Shown: positions 47,776 to 58,176, counted from the stretch's first letter. The stretch: DNA of 64,000 bases from an uncultured Anaeromyxobacteraceae bacterium (GCA_964470365.1 CAYYCO010000002.1:76044-140043); one strand, 5' to 3'. The notes: generated by a model not told the origin, from the letters alone. Program-made: numbers and translations.

Positions 47776-49137
47776 GTGGTATCATCGGCATGTTCATTCC
47801 GCGAGGAACTGATGGGTGGCGCTTTCGGACAGAAGGGTGGCACGCGGCGGACCTCGGCGGCGCTCGGGGCGCTCGGCAGGCGCGAGGCGCCCGGCGTGAC
47901 GGCCGGCGCGGACGCCTTCCCGATAGTGATTTCGGGTGCCTCCGGCGCCAGGGTGCGGGACGCGGACGGCAACCGCTACATCGACATGACGTCGTTCTTC
48001 GGCGCCTGCCTGGCCGGGCACCGGAACCCGGCCGTTACAACCGCGGCCAGGCGCGCGATCGGGCATCTCGTCCACGGGATGGGCGACGTCTATCCGGACG
48101 AAACACGTGCAAAACTGCTTGAATTGGTCTGCGGCCTGATGCCGGCCGGCGACTACCGCGGGCTCCTTTCGCTGAACGGTTCGGACGCTGTGGAAACCGC
48201 CCTGAAATTCGCCGCTGCGGCGACCGGCAGGGGCGGGGCCGTCGCATTTCAGGGGTCCTACCACGGCCTGTCTGGAAACGCGCTGGAAGTAACCAGCCGC
48301 GACACGTTCAGGACGCCTTTCGAATCCTCGATGTCCGGCCGGGCGGTTTTCGCGCCCTGGCCCGCGCAGGACGGCTCCGACGCTGACCGCGTGCTTGAAA
48401 TCGTTTACGGCATGGCCCGCGCGCCTGTCGTCAACAGATGGGGCGTCGATATCGGAAGGCCGGGCGCCCTCATCGTCGAACCGATTCAGGGCCGAGGCGG
48501 CATGCGGGTGCCTCCCCCCGGGTTCCTGCGCGGACTGGCGGGGATATGCCGCGACAACGGCATCGTCTTCATAACCGACGAAATTTTTTCCGGAACCTTC
48601 AGGACGGGCCGGTTCCTGGCCGGCGACTTCGACGGTGTCGCGCCCGATGCGGTCTGCCTCGGAAAGGCGCTTGGCGGGGGATTCCCGTTGTCGGCGGCCA
48701 TGATGCGGCCATGGCTCGCCGATGCGGTTGCCCGCGACCGGGGCGAGGCGGTCCACACGTCCACGTTCATGGGATGGCCGGTCGCCTGCGCTGCCGCGAC
48801 AGCCAACATCCGGCAACTGCGGCGGCTCGACCCGGCCGCCGGCGCGGCGCGCATCGAACGCGCCGTCAGGGCGGCGGCGGAAGGCTGGACGCGGCGCTTC
48901 CCGGCAGTGGCCGGGGTTCGGGGGCGGGGGGCCATGCTTGGCCTTGAATTTGCAGGTCCCGCCAGGGGTGAAACGGTGATTGCGGTCGTGCGCGAATCTC
49001 TGCGCCTCGGCCTCCTGGTGCTGCCGGAGGGACCGGAACCGTGCGTGATTTCACTGACGCCGCCGTTGTCGATTGGCGCCGACCTTGACGGGGCGCTAAC
49101 CATCCTGGAAAAGGCGCTGGAAAAGGTGTGCGGATGA
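47776..49137 (+). CDS. class-III PLP-dependent aminotransferase (omega-transaminase family)
   Basis: Class-III fold motifs (GNRYIDMTSFFGA, ITDEIFSGTFRTG, CLGKALGGG with the Schiff-base Lys). The start may instead be the ATG at 47812, which has a GAGGAA SD. Confidence 0.8.
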   Translation: MVSSACSFREELMGGAFGQKGGTRRTSAALGALGRREAPGVTAGADAFPIVISGASGARVRDADGNRYIDMTSFFGACLAGHRNPAVTTAARRAIGHLVHGMGDVYPDETRAKLLELVCGLMPAGDYRGLLSLNGSDAVETALKFAAAATGRGGAVAFQGSYHGLSGNALEVTSRDTFRTPFESSMSGRAVFAPWPAQDGSDADRVLEIVYGMARAPVVNRWGVDIGRPGALIVEPIQGRGGMRVPPPGFLRGLAGICRDNGIVFITDEIFSGTFRTGRFLAGDFDGVAPDAVCLGKALGGGFPLSAAMMRPWLADAVARDRGEAVHTSTFMGWPVACAAATANIRQLRRLDPAAGAARIERAVRAAAEGWTRRFPAVAGVRGRGAMLGLEFAGPARGETVIAVVRESLRLGLLVLPEGPEPCVISLTPPLSIGADLDGALTILEKALEKVCG

Positions 49138-50207
49138 TGGATCCAGTTTTGATTGAGGCCGTCAGGGACCTGATTGCCTCTGCGGTCGGCGGCGCGGAAA
49201 TACCCGATCGCGACTTCGTGCGGCTCGCCGTCGACATCGCGCGTGAACAGGGCCTGGTCGTGGAAGGCCGTCCCCTGACCGGCGATCGGTGCGGCCTGGA
49301 TGTCATCGACCCGATGCCGGAAACCGCCTTCAAGATGATGACGGTCGCGTCATTCCCACCGTCCGCGGCGGCGGCAGAATTCGTGACGTCGGGAACGACC
49401 ACGGGCCGGCCCGGAAGGCTGCTCGTCCGCGACATTGATCTGTACAGGCAGTCGGTGGTGGCGGGTTTCAGGATGTTCTGCATGTACGGCAACGCGCCCC
49501 GCCGTTTCCTGAGCCTGATCCCGTCCGGGCCTGCCCGTCCCGGCTCCTCGCTGTCATGGATGGCATCCTTCCTGATGGATGAATTCGACGAAGGCCGCGG
49601 CGTTTTCGCAGGTGACGGCGGGCGACTGGACGGCGGTGCGGTCATTGAAACCCTGTCCGAATCGGGACTTTCGGGTCAGCCGCTGTTCATCCTGGGCACC
49701 TCCCTTGACTTCATGACGCTCTACGAATTCCTCGTCTCAACGCCCGCGCGCCCCATTCCGGCCGCTGGAACGCGCATCATGCATACGGGCGGGGCCAAGG
49801 CATCCGGCCGCGAAATAACCAGGCCCGAACTGATCTCGGCGGCCGGCCGTCTCCTTGGCGCTGCCCCGGATGACGTGATCGAGGAATTCGGGATGACCGA
49901 ACTGTTTTCCCAGGCCTATGACTCGCCGGCGGTCACCCCGGGTCCCAGGCGGCTGGTGCCGGTGCCCTGGATGAGGACGCGTGTTCTCAATCCCGGGACG
50001 CTCGCCGACGTGGCGGACGGCGAACGTGGAATCCTGGTCCATTATGACCTGGCCGCCGCCTGGACGTGCGTCGCGCTCATGGCGGCGGACACGGCAGTCA
50101 GGAAGGACGGCGGATTCTGCGACATAAAACGTTCCGTCGGCGCCCCCGCGCGGGGATGTTCCAGCGAGGCGGCCTCCGGCGTTGACATGCGGGACGGCAA
50201 ACCATGA
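49128..50207 (+). CDS. LuxE-like acyl-protein synthetase
   Basis: FVTSGTTTGRPG (compare LuxE FTSSGTNG) and IMHTGGAKA (compare LuxE IITGGGWK). Length and motif spacing fit PF04443. Confidence 0.65.
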   Translation: MRMMDPVLIEAVRDLIASAVGGAEIPDRDFVRLAVDIAREQGLVVEGRPLTGDRCGLDVIDPMPETAFKMMTVASFPPSAAAAEFVTSGTTTGRPGRLLVRDIDLYRQSVVAGFRMFCMYGNAPRRFLSLIPSGPARPGSSLSWMASFLMDEFDEGRGVFAGDGGRLDGGAVIETLSESGLSGQPLFILGTSLDFMTLYEFLVSTPARPIPAAGTRIMHTGGAKASGREITRPELISAAGRLLGAAPDDVIEEFGMTELFSQAYDSPAVTPGPRRLVPVPWMRTRVLNPGTLADVADGERGILVHYDLAAAWTCVALMAADTAVRKDGGFCDIKRSVGAPARGCSSEAASGVDMRDGKP

Positions 50208-51367
50208 AGGAACCCTTTGACCTGCTACGCGAAATGCGTGACGGCTGGATGCAGTCCGTCGGCGATCGCGCCCTCGTGCCGGGCCCCTTCCTGACGTCCG
50301 GCGAAATTGCCCTCCTTTCGGCATCCACAGGCTGGACGGGCCTCCACCTGGCAGAGGCGGTCAGGCGTGCCTTCTCGCCTTACGGTGACCCGGAACTCGC
50401 CCTGATGTGCGGGAAGACGCCCCGGGCGCGCAAGCGGCCGCTGCTGCTGGCCATAACGGCCGGACGCGTGCCCGCACTGGCGGCCCGCGTGGTATTCCAC
50501 GGGATGGCGGCAGGCATGGACGTGTCCGTCAAGCCCTCGTCCGCCGAGCCGGTGTTCGCGGAGCTGCTTCGGCGATCGGCGGTTGCCTGCGATCCGGACG
50601 CCGGCGTTTCGATCGCGCCGAACGACGGTCCCGGACTGGCCGGACTCGTGGCTTCGGCGCCGGCCTGCGTCGCGTACGGTTCCGACGCCACCGTGCGGCG
50701 CATCCGTGAAGCGAGGCCGGGGCTTCCAACCCTGGTCGGCCCCCACATGGAATCGCTGTCGGTGGTATTCGTGGAATCGATCGCTTCCGTCACTGCGGCA
50801 GGCAGCGTGGCGGCTTCAATCGCCGCGGACACGGCGATTTACGACCAGGACGGGTGCCTGTCGCCGATCGCGGTCCTGGTTTCGGAAGGTGGTGCGGTTA
50901 CATCCGCAAAATTCGCCGAACTCCTGCTGGCCGCGCTTCTGTCCAGCCCGTTCGAACCGGGCGTTGCGAACATCGAAACGCTGGCCGCAGTGCGCATGTT
51001 CGAACGGGAAGCGTCCGTGATGCACGGCCACGAATCGGTGATGAGGGGCAGCAGGGCCTGCCCGCCGCTGGTCGTGTTGTGCGACCGGGTCAGGCCGGGC
51101 CCGGGCAGCCGAACGCTGCAGGTCGTCCCCTTCGGGCCCGCGCACTCGCTCCCGGACCTCGACGCCATGGTCCCGCACCTTCGCGGCCGGGTCCAGGGCA
51201 TGTCCCTGTCCGGCGGCGACGATCGTGCGGCGGCGCTTTTCGCCGCCAACCCGCTCTTCCGGCCGAACTACACCTGCCCGCACGGCCGTCTGCAGGATCC
51301 CCCGGCGCGGTGGCGTGAAAACGGCATCGTTCTGTGCGATGAACTGCGAAGGATTCGGGAGGGATGA
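50204..51367 (+). CDS. LuxC-like acyl-CoA/acyl-protein reductase (aldehyde-forming)
   Basis: ALDH-like fold with a candidate catalytic Cys (DQDGCLSPIAV). Translationally coupled to the LuxE-like gene. Confidence 0.55.
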   Translation: MKEPFDLLREMRDGWMQSVGDRALVPGPFLTSGEIALLSASTGWTGLHLAEAVRRAFSPYGDPELALMCGKTPRARKRPLLLAITAGRVPALAARVVFHGMAAGMDVSVKPSSAEPVFAELLRRSAVACDPDAGVSIAPNDGPGLAGLVASAPACVAYGSDATVRRIREARPGLPTLVGPHMESLSVVFVESIASVTAAGSVAASIAADTAIYDQDGCLSPIAVLVSEGGAVTSAKFAELLLAALLSSPFEPGVANIETLAAVRMFEREASVMHGHESVMRGSRACPPLVVLCDRVRPGPGSRTLQVVPFGPAHSLPDLDAMVPHLRGRVQGMSLSGGDDRAAALFAANPLFRPNYTCPHGRLQDPPARWRENGIVLCDELRRIREG

Positions 51368-51407
51368 AAACCGGCGACTTCCGCGCGTCGGGGCGGTAAT
51401 CCGCGGC

Positions 51408-53804
51408 TCACATGCCGAGGCCGGCCGTTTCGGCTTCCTCGGGGGGCGCGACCGGCTTAGGCTCCGGTTCGTCCAATTCCGGGCTGTCGTCCGTGATCGG
51501 AGTCGCCATCACAAGGCTGAAATAGTCGCTTTCCCAGTGAACGGTTTCGACCTTCCACGAACGGATATTGCCGAACCCGTCGACGCCGCCGTCGCGCAGC
51601 GCCCTGGTTTCCTTGTCCAGCGAGGACTTGAGGCTTGAAGCGCGGTTCGGCTGGGTCAGCGCGAAGAACCGTTTCCCGTGGTTCAATTCCTCGAGATACG
51701 CCTTGAGCTGCGTCGCCTTCATCAGCGGCTTGATTTCGCTGTGCGTGAAGTACGTTTCGCCACGCCAGGTGATCAGCCACGCGACGACATCCTCCCGGCA
51801 CACCCGCTTGGTGTTGTAACCCAGCGCGTCCGGAATGAACCCGAGGCCGGCCTTCTTGAGGAGGGGCGTATACGTGTCCTCGACCTCGGGGGTGTTCGGC
51901 ATCAGTTCGCATCGCCTGAAATAGTCTTCAAAAAGGTATTTCTGGGACCACGACGGCGACAGCGTGGGCATGTAGAAATTCAGGCACCACCAGGCAAGGG
52001 CCAGCGATATCCCCCAGAGCGCGGCCAGGCCCCCTTTCCGCAGGCGTCCGGCGAAGATCATGGCCACGAAACAGAGTCCGCCAACCACCAGCCAGGCGGT
52101 CAGGAACGTCTTGTACTGCAGCGCCGGCGCCGTGATGATCTTCTTGACGGACGGGCTGATGAATTCATAGAAAGTGGAATCCTTCCACTTGATGTCGGTG
52201 CCCTCCGCGACCGCCGCCTCCGGGTCGTTCGGAAGATGCGAAGGCATCGGCCTGTCGTACTTGTAGGTGAACATCTGCCTGAACACCTGCATGTCCGAAC
52301 GTATGAAAAGACCGACGGAAAGCATGATGCCGAGCCCCGCGACCGCGACGAGCCTGGCGATCCATGTGCGATCCTCGAGGAAGTCCTTCAGGAGCAGGGC
52401 GACGATGAAGATCGTCGGGAACACCGCCGGGAAGATGTAGTGGTGATACTTCGTGGCCGACAGCGTGAAAAGCACATACGAGAAAAACGCCCAGACGTAC
52501 AGGAGCAGACGCATCCTGGCTTTCGGATCGGTGTCGCGCAGGCGCAGCCTGAAGAGGCCGAGCAGGACGAGCGGCATGAAGGCGATCCAGGGGAACGTGC
52601 CGATAGACAGCCAGCGCATGAAATGTTCGAAGGTCCCGGTGTCGATCTGGTGGACGCCGGCGCCGAGCCTGTTGAAGTGATCGTGCACCAGGAAGCGGTT
52701 GTAGAAGCCCATGCCGTGACGGCAGAACATGCCGGCGTACCAGGGCACCATGACCAGCCCGAAGAATGACAGGCCGCGCCCCAGGTCCAGCTTCCTGAGC
52801 AGGCGCCATTCACCGGTCAGCAGAAGATAGAAGACCACAATCGCGCCGGGCAGGCAGAAACCGAGCAGCCCCTTCCCGAGCGTGGCGTATCCGAAGAACA
52901 TGTAGGCGGTCCACAGGATGAAGCGGCGTATCCACCTGTCCCGGCCTTCCGGGGTCAGCAGCCGGCCGGCGCGCCATTCCCTGTACATCGGCACCAGGAC
53001 GGCCGCCAGCAGCGCGACGGTAGCCACCGCATACATGATCGCGTGGATCCAGCCGCTTTTCTGGAAAAGGAAAAGCACCCGGTTGATCCCGGTGTACCTG
53101 GACAGGTTGCCCTCCGGGAAGAGATCGAGGCCGACGTTGACGAACTGCGGCACGGCGGTGATCAGGAACAGCGCCAGCACGCCCAGGAACCTGACGAGGA
53201 ACCCCCTGTTCGAAGCCTCGAAGCGGGGCGCGAAGATGGCGCCGGCAAGGAAAAGCATGCCGATCGACATCGTGCCGGCGTAAGGGAGATCGGTAATCGC
53301 CTGGCGCGACAGGAAGAAGAACATCGGCGCGGTCATCAGCAGGCCGGCGGCGGCCAGGCCCGTGCGCCGGTTGAAGATGAGCGAGAAATTCACATACGCG
53401 AACAGGACGACCAGCGCCCCCAGGAACGCCCACGAAATCCTGATGGCCCAGTCGCCGAACCCGAGCAGGTGCATGCCGATGATGTCGCCGTACATGATCA
53501 GCACGGGCTTCGAAAAGAACCATTCGCCGGTGGGCGATTCGCCGCCGATCTTGTCCTTGTATCCCCACCACGGCGAAAGCGTGTCGTGGTTTTCGAACAT
53601 GTACCGGGCAGTCTCGCCGTAATGCGTTTCCCAGCAGTCCCACAGCCCGAAAGAGCCGGCGCCGATGAAGAACAGCAGGGCGGCGGCAAGGAAGACGGCG
53701 GTCCTGACGAGCCACTCGCGCCGAAGCGGCGCCCGCGTCGGTATATCGTTGAATTCGGTGCACAGCAAAGGCGAAACCGACGTGACCGGGGCGTCTTCCA
53801 TCAT
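51408..53804 (-). CDS. large polytopic membrane glycosyltransferase of the ArnT/PMT (GT83/GT39-like) family with a soluble C-terminal domain
   Basis: At least 12 TM helices. First periplasmic loop contains YGETARYMFE, resembling the ArnT DETRYAE motif. C-terminal roughly 250-aa globular domain. Confidence 0.45.
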   Translation of the reverse strand: MMEDAPVTSVSPLLCTEFNDIPTRAPLRREWLVRTAVFLAAALLFFIGAGSFGLWDCWETHYGETARYMFENHDTLSPWWGYKDKIGGESPTGEWFFSKPVLIMYGDIIGMHLLGFGDWAIRISWAFLGALVVLFAYVNFSLIFNRRTGLAAAGLLMTAPMFFFLSRQAITDLPYAGTMSIGMLFLAGAIFAPRFEASNRGFLVRFLGVLALFLITAVPQFVNVGLDLFPEGNLSRYTGINRVLFLFQKSGWIHAIMYAVATVALLAAVLVPMYREWRAGRLLTPEGRDRWIRRFILWTAYMFFGYATLGKGLLGFCLPGAIVVFYLLLTGEWRLLRKLDLGRGLSFFGLVMVPWYAGMFCRHGMGFYNRFLVHDHFNRLGAGVHQIDTGTFEHFMRWLSIGTFPWIAFMPLVLLGLFRLRLRDTDPKARMRLLLYVWAFFSYVLFTLSATKYHHYIFPAVFPTIFIVALLLKDFLEDRTWIARLVAVAGLGIMLSVGLFIRSDMQVFRQMFTYKYDRPMPSHLPNDPEAAVAEGTDIKWKDSTFYEFISPSVKKIITAPALQYKTFLTAWLVVGGLCFVAMIFAGRLRKGGLAALWGISLALAWWCLNFYMPTLSPSWSQKYLFEDYFRRCELMPNTPEVEDTYTPLLKKAGLGFIPDALGYNTKRVCREDVVAWLITWRGETYFTHSEIKPLMKATQLKAYLEELNHGKRFFALTQPNRASSLKSSLDKETRALRDGGVDGFGNIRSWKVETVHWESDYFSLVMATPITDDSPELDEPEPKPVAPPEEAETAGLGM

Positions 53805-54132
53805 GATGAAACCTGAACCTCAAAGCCTCAAATCGGGCGAATTTTAACGGGTTGGGCAGAATTTGCAAGGAAGCCGGCCGGTTCAGGACATGGTGTTCCC
53901 CGGCGCCGGTCGAAGGCTGCAAAGGCCGTTGCCCCGACCGAAATGTTTACAAAACGTAAAAGCGGTTAAACGCCGGTAAAAGTTAGCATCCCGCCGCCGC
54001 CGCCCCCTTGACTTGGGGCATGCGGGTGAACAGACTTGCACCCGTTGAACGCTGCCATGTCCGCGGCAGACGATGCGGCGCCCGGGCCCGGCCCGGGCCG
54101 CTGCCCGATGAAACGAATTCTGGAGGCCCTAA

Positions 54133-55122
54133 ATGGAACAGGATGTTCGTGTTCTTACGGAAATGGTCCGGCAGGAAAGCGCCTTCGTCGACCGCCTGAC
54201 CAGCGAAATCGGACGCGTGATCGTCGGCCAGAGGGACCTGGTCGACCGGATACTGATCGCCCTTCTCTGCCGCGGCCACGTCCTGATCGAGGGCGTTCCC
54301 GGACTGGCGAAGACGCTGACGGTCAAAACCATCGCCGACGCGCTGGACTCGTCGTTCTCGCGCGTGCAGTTCACGCCGGACCTTCTGCCCGCCGACCTCA
54401 CGGGCACCCAGATTTACAACCAGGCGGCCGGCACGTTCTCGGTGCGGAAGGGACCGATCTTCGCGGGCATCGTCCTTGCCGACGAAATCAACCGCGCCCC
54501 GGCCAAGGTGCAGAGCGCCCTGCTGGAGGCGATGCAGGAACGCCAGGTGACCATCGGCGACAAGGCTTTCCCGCTGCCCGACCCGTTCCTTGTCCTGGCA
54601 ACGCAGAACCCGATCGAGCAGGAAGGAACCTACCCGCTTCCTGAAGCCCAGATCGACAGGTTCATGCTGATGGTCCGCGTCACGTACCCGTCCAAGGAAG
54701 AAGAACTGCAGATTATGGATCGCATGGCCCTGTCGGCGCCGACAAAGGTCGAAAAGGTGCTTTCCATCGCCGAGCTGCAGCGGGCGCGGTCGATGATGTC
54801 CGAAATCTACATGGATCAGAAGGTCAAGCAGTACATCGTCGACCTGGTTTTCGCGACGCGCGACCCGGAGGCCGCCGGCGTGGACAACGTGGCCGACTAC
54901 GTCAGGTACGGGGCGTCGCCGCGCGCGACCATCGCACTGTCCGAGGCCGCGAGGGCGCACGCCTTCCTGCGTCACCGGGGTTACGTCATCCCCGAAGACG
55001 TCAAGGCCGTCGGACTCGACGTGCTGCGCCACAGGGTGATCCTGTCGTACGAGGCCGAGGCCGAAAACCTGACGGCCGAGGACCTGCTGACCAGGATCTT
55101 CGATTCGGTACAGGTTCCCTAG
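54133..55122 (+). CDS. moxR: MoxR-family AAA+ ATPase
   Basis: Walker A GVPGLAKT. Walker B/sensor motifs (LADEINRAPAKVQSALLEAMQERQVTI). Confidence 0.9.
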   Translation: MEQDVRVLTEMVRQESAFVDRLTSEIGRVIVGQRDLVDRILIALLCRGHVLIEGVPGLAKTLTVKTIADALDSSFSRVQFTPDLLPADLTGTQIYNQAAGTFSVRKGPIFAGIVLADEINRAPAKVQSALLEAMQERQVTIGDKAFPLPDPFLVLATQNPIEQEGTYPLPEAQIDRFMLMVRVTYPSKEEELQIMDRMALSAPTKVEKVLSIAELQRARSMMSEIYMDQKVKQYIVDLVFATRDPEAAGVDNVADYVRYGASPRATIALSEAARAHAFLRHRGYVIPEDVKAVGLDVLRHRVILSYEAEAENLTAEDLLTRIFDSVQVP

Positions 55123-55135
55123 CCGGTAACGGGGC

Positions 55136-56068
55136 TTGGAAATGAACGCTGACAAGGATCTGCGCACCCTGCTGTCGAGAGTCCGTCGAATCGAGATAAC
55201 GGCCCAGCGGCTGGTCAACGAACAGCTTTCGGGCCGCTACCATTCGGTCTTCAAGGGCAGGGGCATGAGCTTCGACGAGGTCCGCCCCTACTCGCCCGGC
55301 GACGAAGTCCGGATGATCGACTGGAACGTCACGGCCAGGACCGGCGATCCTTACATCAAGCGCTTCGTCGAGGAACGCGAGCTGACCATAATGATCCTCG
55401 CGGACGCCTCGCTTTCGATGGACTTCGGCCTTTCCAGCTTCCCGTTCAAGGAACGGCGCGGGACTGTCGAGATCCAGGACACCAAGCGCGAACTCGCCGC
55501 ACAGATCGCGGCGGCGATCGCACTTTCTGCCCAGATGAACAACGACCGGGTCGGGCTCATCACGTTCGGCGGCCAGGTAACGAATTTCATCCCGCCGCGC
55601 AAGGGCCGCAGGCACGCGCTCCACGTCATCCGGGAAGTGCTTTCGATGGAGGCCGGCGGCGGCACGACGGACCTGGCTGCCGCACTGGGGTACCTTGGAA
55701 AGGTCGTCAAGAGGCGCACGGCGGTGTTCATCCTTTCGGACTTCGAGGTGCCGCCGTTTGAAAAGGAACTGCGCGTGGCGGCCAGACGGCACGACATTCA
55801 CGGAATGATCGTGCGCGACCGCTTCGAAGACGAACTTTTCGAGGGCGGCATCGTGACGCTGCGCGACCAGGAAACAGGGGCCTTCCTCCCGGTCAGCACC
55901 GATCGCGCGTTCCTCGAAAGGTACAGGGAAGACGTGCGGCGCCACATCGACGGGACCGAAATGGTGTTCCGGCGACTCCGCCTGCCCGTGTCCAGGTTTT
56001 CGACGGCCGAGCCGTGGGACCGGACGCTGTCCGGCCACTTCGCCCGCCTGAAGGGCAAGGCTTTGTGA
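55136..56068 (+). CDS. DUF58 protein (MoxR partner, degenerate VWA)
   Basis: HSVFKGRGMSFDEVRPYSPGDEVRMIDWNVTAR motif diagnostic of DUF58. Confidence 0.8.
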   Translation: MEMNADKDLRTLLSRVRRIEITAQRLVNEQLSGRYHSVFKGRGMSFDEVRPYSPGDEVRMIDWNVTARTGDPYIKRFVEERELTIMILADASLSMDFGLSSFPFKERRGTVEIQDTKRELAAQIAAAIALSAQMNNDRVGLITFGGQVTNFIPPRKGRRHALHVIREVLSMEAGGGTTDLAAALGYLGKVVKRRTAVFILSDFEVPPFEKELRVAARRHDIHGMIVRDRFEDELFEGGIVTLRDQETGAFLPVSTDRAFLERYREDVRRHIDGTEMVFRRLRLPVSRFSTAEPWDRTLSGHFARLKGKAL

Positions 56069-56078
56069 TCCGGGGGCT

Positions 56079-57080
56079 TTGATGAAACGCCTGCTGATTT
56101 GTGCCGTGCTGATGCTCGCCGCGATTCCATTGGCGGCCGCTGCCCAGGAACCGCAGCCTGGCGGTGTCACCGTGGCCGTGGATCCGGTTCAGCCTGTCAA
56201 GGTCGGGCAGCAGTTCACGCTGACGTACCGGTTCGGTTACGAACAGGGCACGAAGCTGTACTTCCCCGACCGCCCCGTCACCGCGCCGTTCGTCTTCGTG
56301 ACGTCATCGGCCGATCGCCCCGGTGTACTCGGCACCGGGACCTCCGAAAGCCATTCCATCACTCTGATGGCGGTCAAGGCGGGTTCGGCCGAAATGGCGC
56401 CGTTCGACGTACCAGTCGTGCTGGCCGACGGAACGACCGGCATGGTAAGGACGCCAGCGGCGGCCATCGAAGTGGTTTCCACCATCGGCAATGAAAACGA
56501 TCCACAGGTCGCGCAGTTCGCGACACCGGCGCCGCTGATCGTCAGGAACGACCTGCTGCTGTGGATTCTCGGCGCAGTGCTGGTCGCCGCCGTCGCCGCG
56601 GCCGCGGGCATTCTCGGCTACCGTCGGTACCGCGCATGGGTGCTTGCGCATACCCCGCCGCCTCCGCCCGAACCGGCCCACGTAACTGCATACCGCAGGC
56701 TGGCCGAAATCGAGGCGATGGGGCTCATCGATGCTTTCCGCTTCAAGGAGCTCGCACTGCTGCTTTCGGAGGTCGTCAGGGAATTCCTGGGCGCCAGGCT
56801 CGGCTTCCCGGGCTCCGACTCGACGACCTGGGAAACCCTTGATTTCGTCAAGGCTGCCGGACCGGGTGGCGCGTCAGGACGGCTCGATCCCGCGGAACTC
56901 GAGGACTTCCTCAGCCTGTGCGATCTCATCAAGTTCGCGAAGTTCCAGCCGACCGTGGCCGACGGGGCGGCCCTCCTGAAAAGAGGCCGCGGAATCGTGG
57001 ATCGAGTGATGAATGCCGACGACGCGCCCGCCGTGGCCACGATCACCGCCGAAGATCGGGGAGGCGAAGATGCGGTTTGA
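56079..57080 (+). CDS. hypothetical secreted/membrane protein in the Bat operon
   Basis: Signal peptide plus a central TM helix. Position equivalent to DUF4381-type proteins in Bat operons. Confidence 0.4.
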   Translation: MMKRLLICAVLMLAAIPLAAAAQEPQPGGVTVAVDPVQPVKVGQQFTLTYRFGYEQGTKLYFPDRPVTAPFVFVTSSADRPGVLGTGTSESHSITLMAVKAGSAEMAPFDVPVVLADGTTGMVRTPAAAIEVVSTIGNENDPQVAQFATPAPLIVRNDLLLWILGAVLVAAVAAAAGILGYRRYRAWVLAHTPPPPPEPAHVTAYRRLAEIEAMGLIDAFRFKELALLLSEVVREFLGARLGFPGSDSTTWETLDFVKAAGPGGASGRLDPAELEDFLSLCDLIKFAKFQPTVADGAALLKRGRGIVDRVMNADDAPAVATITAEDRGGEDAV

Positions 57081-58176
57081 TTCCCCGCTTATGTTCCTGC
57101 TGCTCATTCCCGTGGCAGCCGTCGCCGTCTTCGGACTGCTGCGGATGCTGCGACGGCCTTCGCACCTGCGGTTCCCGACCACCTCCCATGCAACGGTGGC
57201 CGGTCGCGGAATCCGCGCGAAGCTGGCCATCATGCCGGTCGCACTCATCCTCGCCGGCATGGTGGCCGGCGTCTTCGCCCTTGCGCGGCCCCAGGTCCGC
57301 GACCATGAAAACCTGAACGGCGAAGGCGTCGATTTCGTTATTGCCCTGGACATGTCGTCGTCCATGAACGCCGTGGACATACCGCTGGAAAAGATCAAGG
57401 CGCTCCAGCTGGTCGGACAGGAACCGCCCAACAGGTTCGAGACCGCCAGGAAAATCCTGAAGGAATTCATCTCGACCAGGGAATTCGACCGGATCGGGCT
57501 GGTCGTTTTCGCGTCGCAGGCCTGGGTTAAGTTCCCGCTGACCCTGGATCGCCAGACGGTCGCCCGCATGCTTGACGGCCTGATACTGGACAACGGCCTG
57601 CGGAACGAGGCCGGCCAGTGCACGAACGGCTGCACGATCATGGGCGATTCCACGGCGATCGGCGACGCGCTCGCCAGGTCCTTCAAGCGCCTTGAGGATT
57701 CAAAGACGAAAAGCCGGAACATCATCCTGATCACGGACGGCAACAACAACTCCGGGGCGGCGGCCCCCGCCAGCATCGCCGATTTCATCGCCACGGAATC
57801 GGCGGATCGCCCGGTCCGGGTGTTCCCTTTCCTGATCGGCGACAACGTGGACACGTTCTGGCCCGCCATCCACCCTATGACGGGACAGCAGATGGTCGGG
57901 CCTGACGGCCTGAAGCTCTACCAGCCGATCAACGACCAGGCGAACGTCAACCCGGACCTGCTCAAGGAGATCGCGGAGGTCACGAAAGGAAAGCTGTACG
58001 TGGCCCCGTCCGCTAAGGATTTTGAAAAGGATTTCAAGGATCTTGAAAGGACCGAATTCTCGGCGCCGGCAGTCAGCAACTGGAAGGAAGCGTTCACGTG
58101 GCCGCTCGGACTGGCGATCATCTTCTGCCTTTCCGGTGCCGTGCTGTCGATGACGGTGCTCCGCCGCTGGCCGTAA
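57070..58176 (+). CDS. BatA-like VWA-domain membrane protein
   Basis: Start at MRFDSPL (SD GGGGAGG). N-terminal TM helices. VWA MIDAS motif DFVIALDMSSSM. C-terminal TM. Confidence 0.75.
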   Translation: MRFDSPLMFLLLIPVAAVAVFGLLRMLRRPSHLRFPTTSHATVAGRGIRAKLAIMPVALILAGMVAGVFALARPQVRDHENLNGEGVDFVIALDMSSSMNAVDIPLEKIKALQLVGQEPPNRFETARKILKEFISTREFDRIGLVVFASQAWVKFPLTLDRQTVARMLDGLILDNGLRNEAGQCTNGCTIMGDSTAIGDALARSFKRLEDSKTKSRNIILITDGNNNSGAAAPASIADFIATESADRPVRVFPFLIGDNVDTFWPAIHPMTGQQMVGPDGLKLYQPINDQANVNPDLLKEIAEVTKGKLYVAPSAKDFEKDFKDLERTEFSAPAVSNWKEAFTWPLGLAIIFCLSGAVLSMTVLRRWP

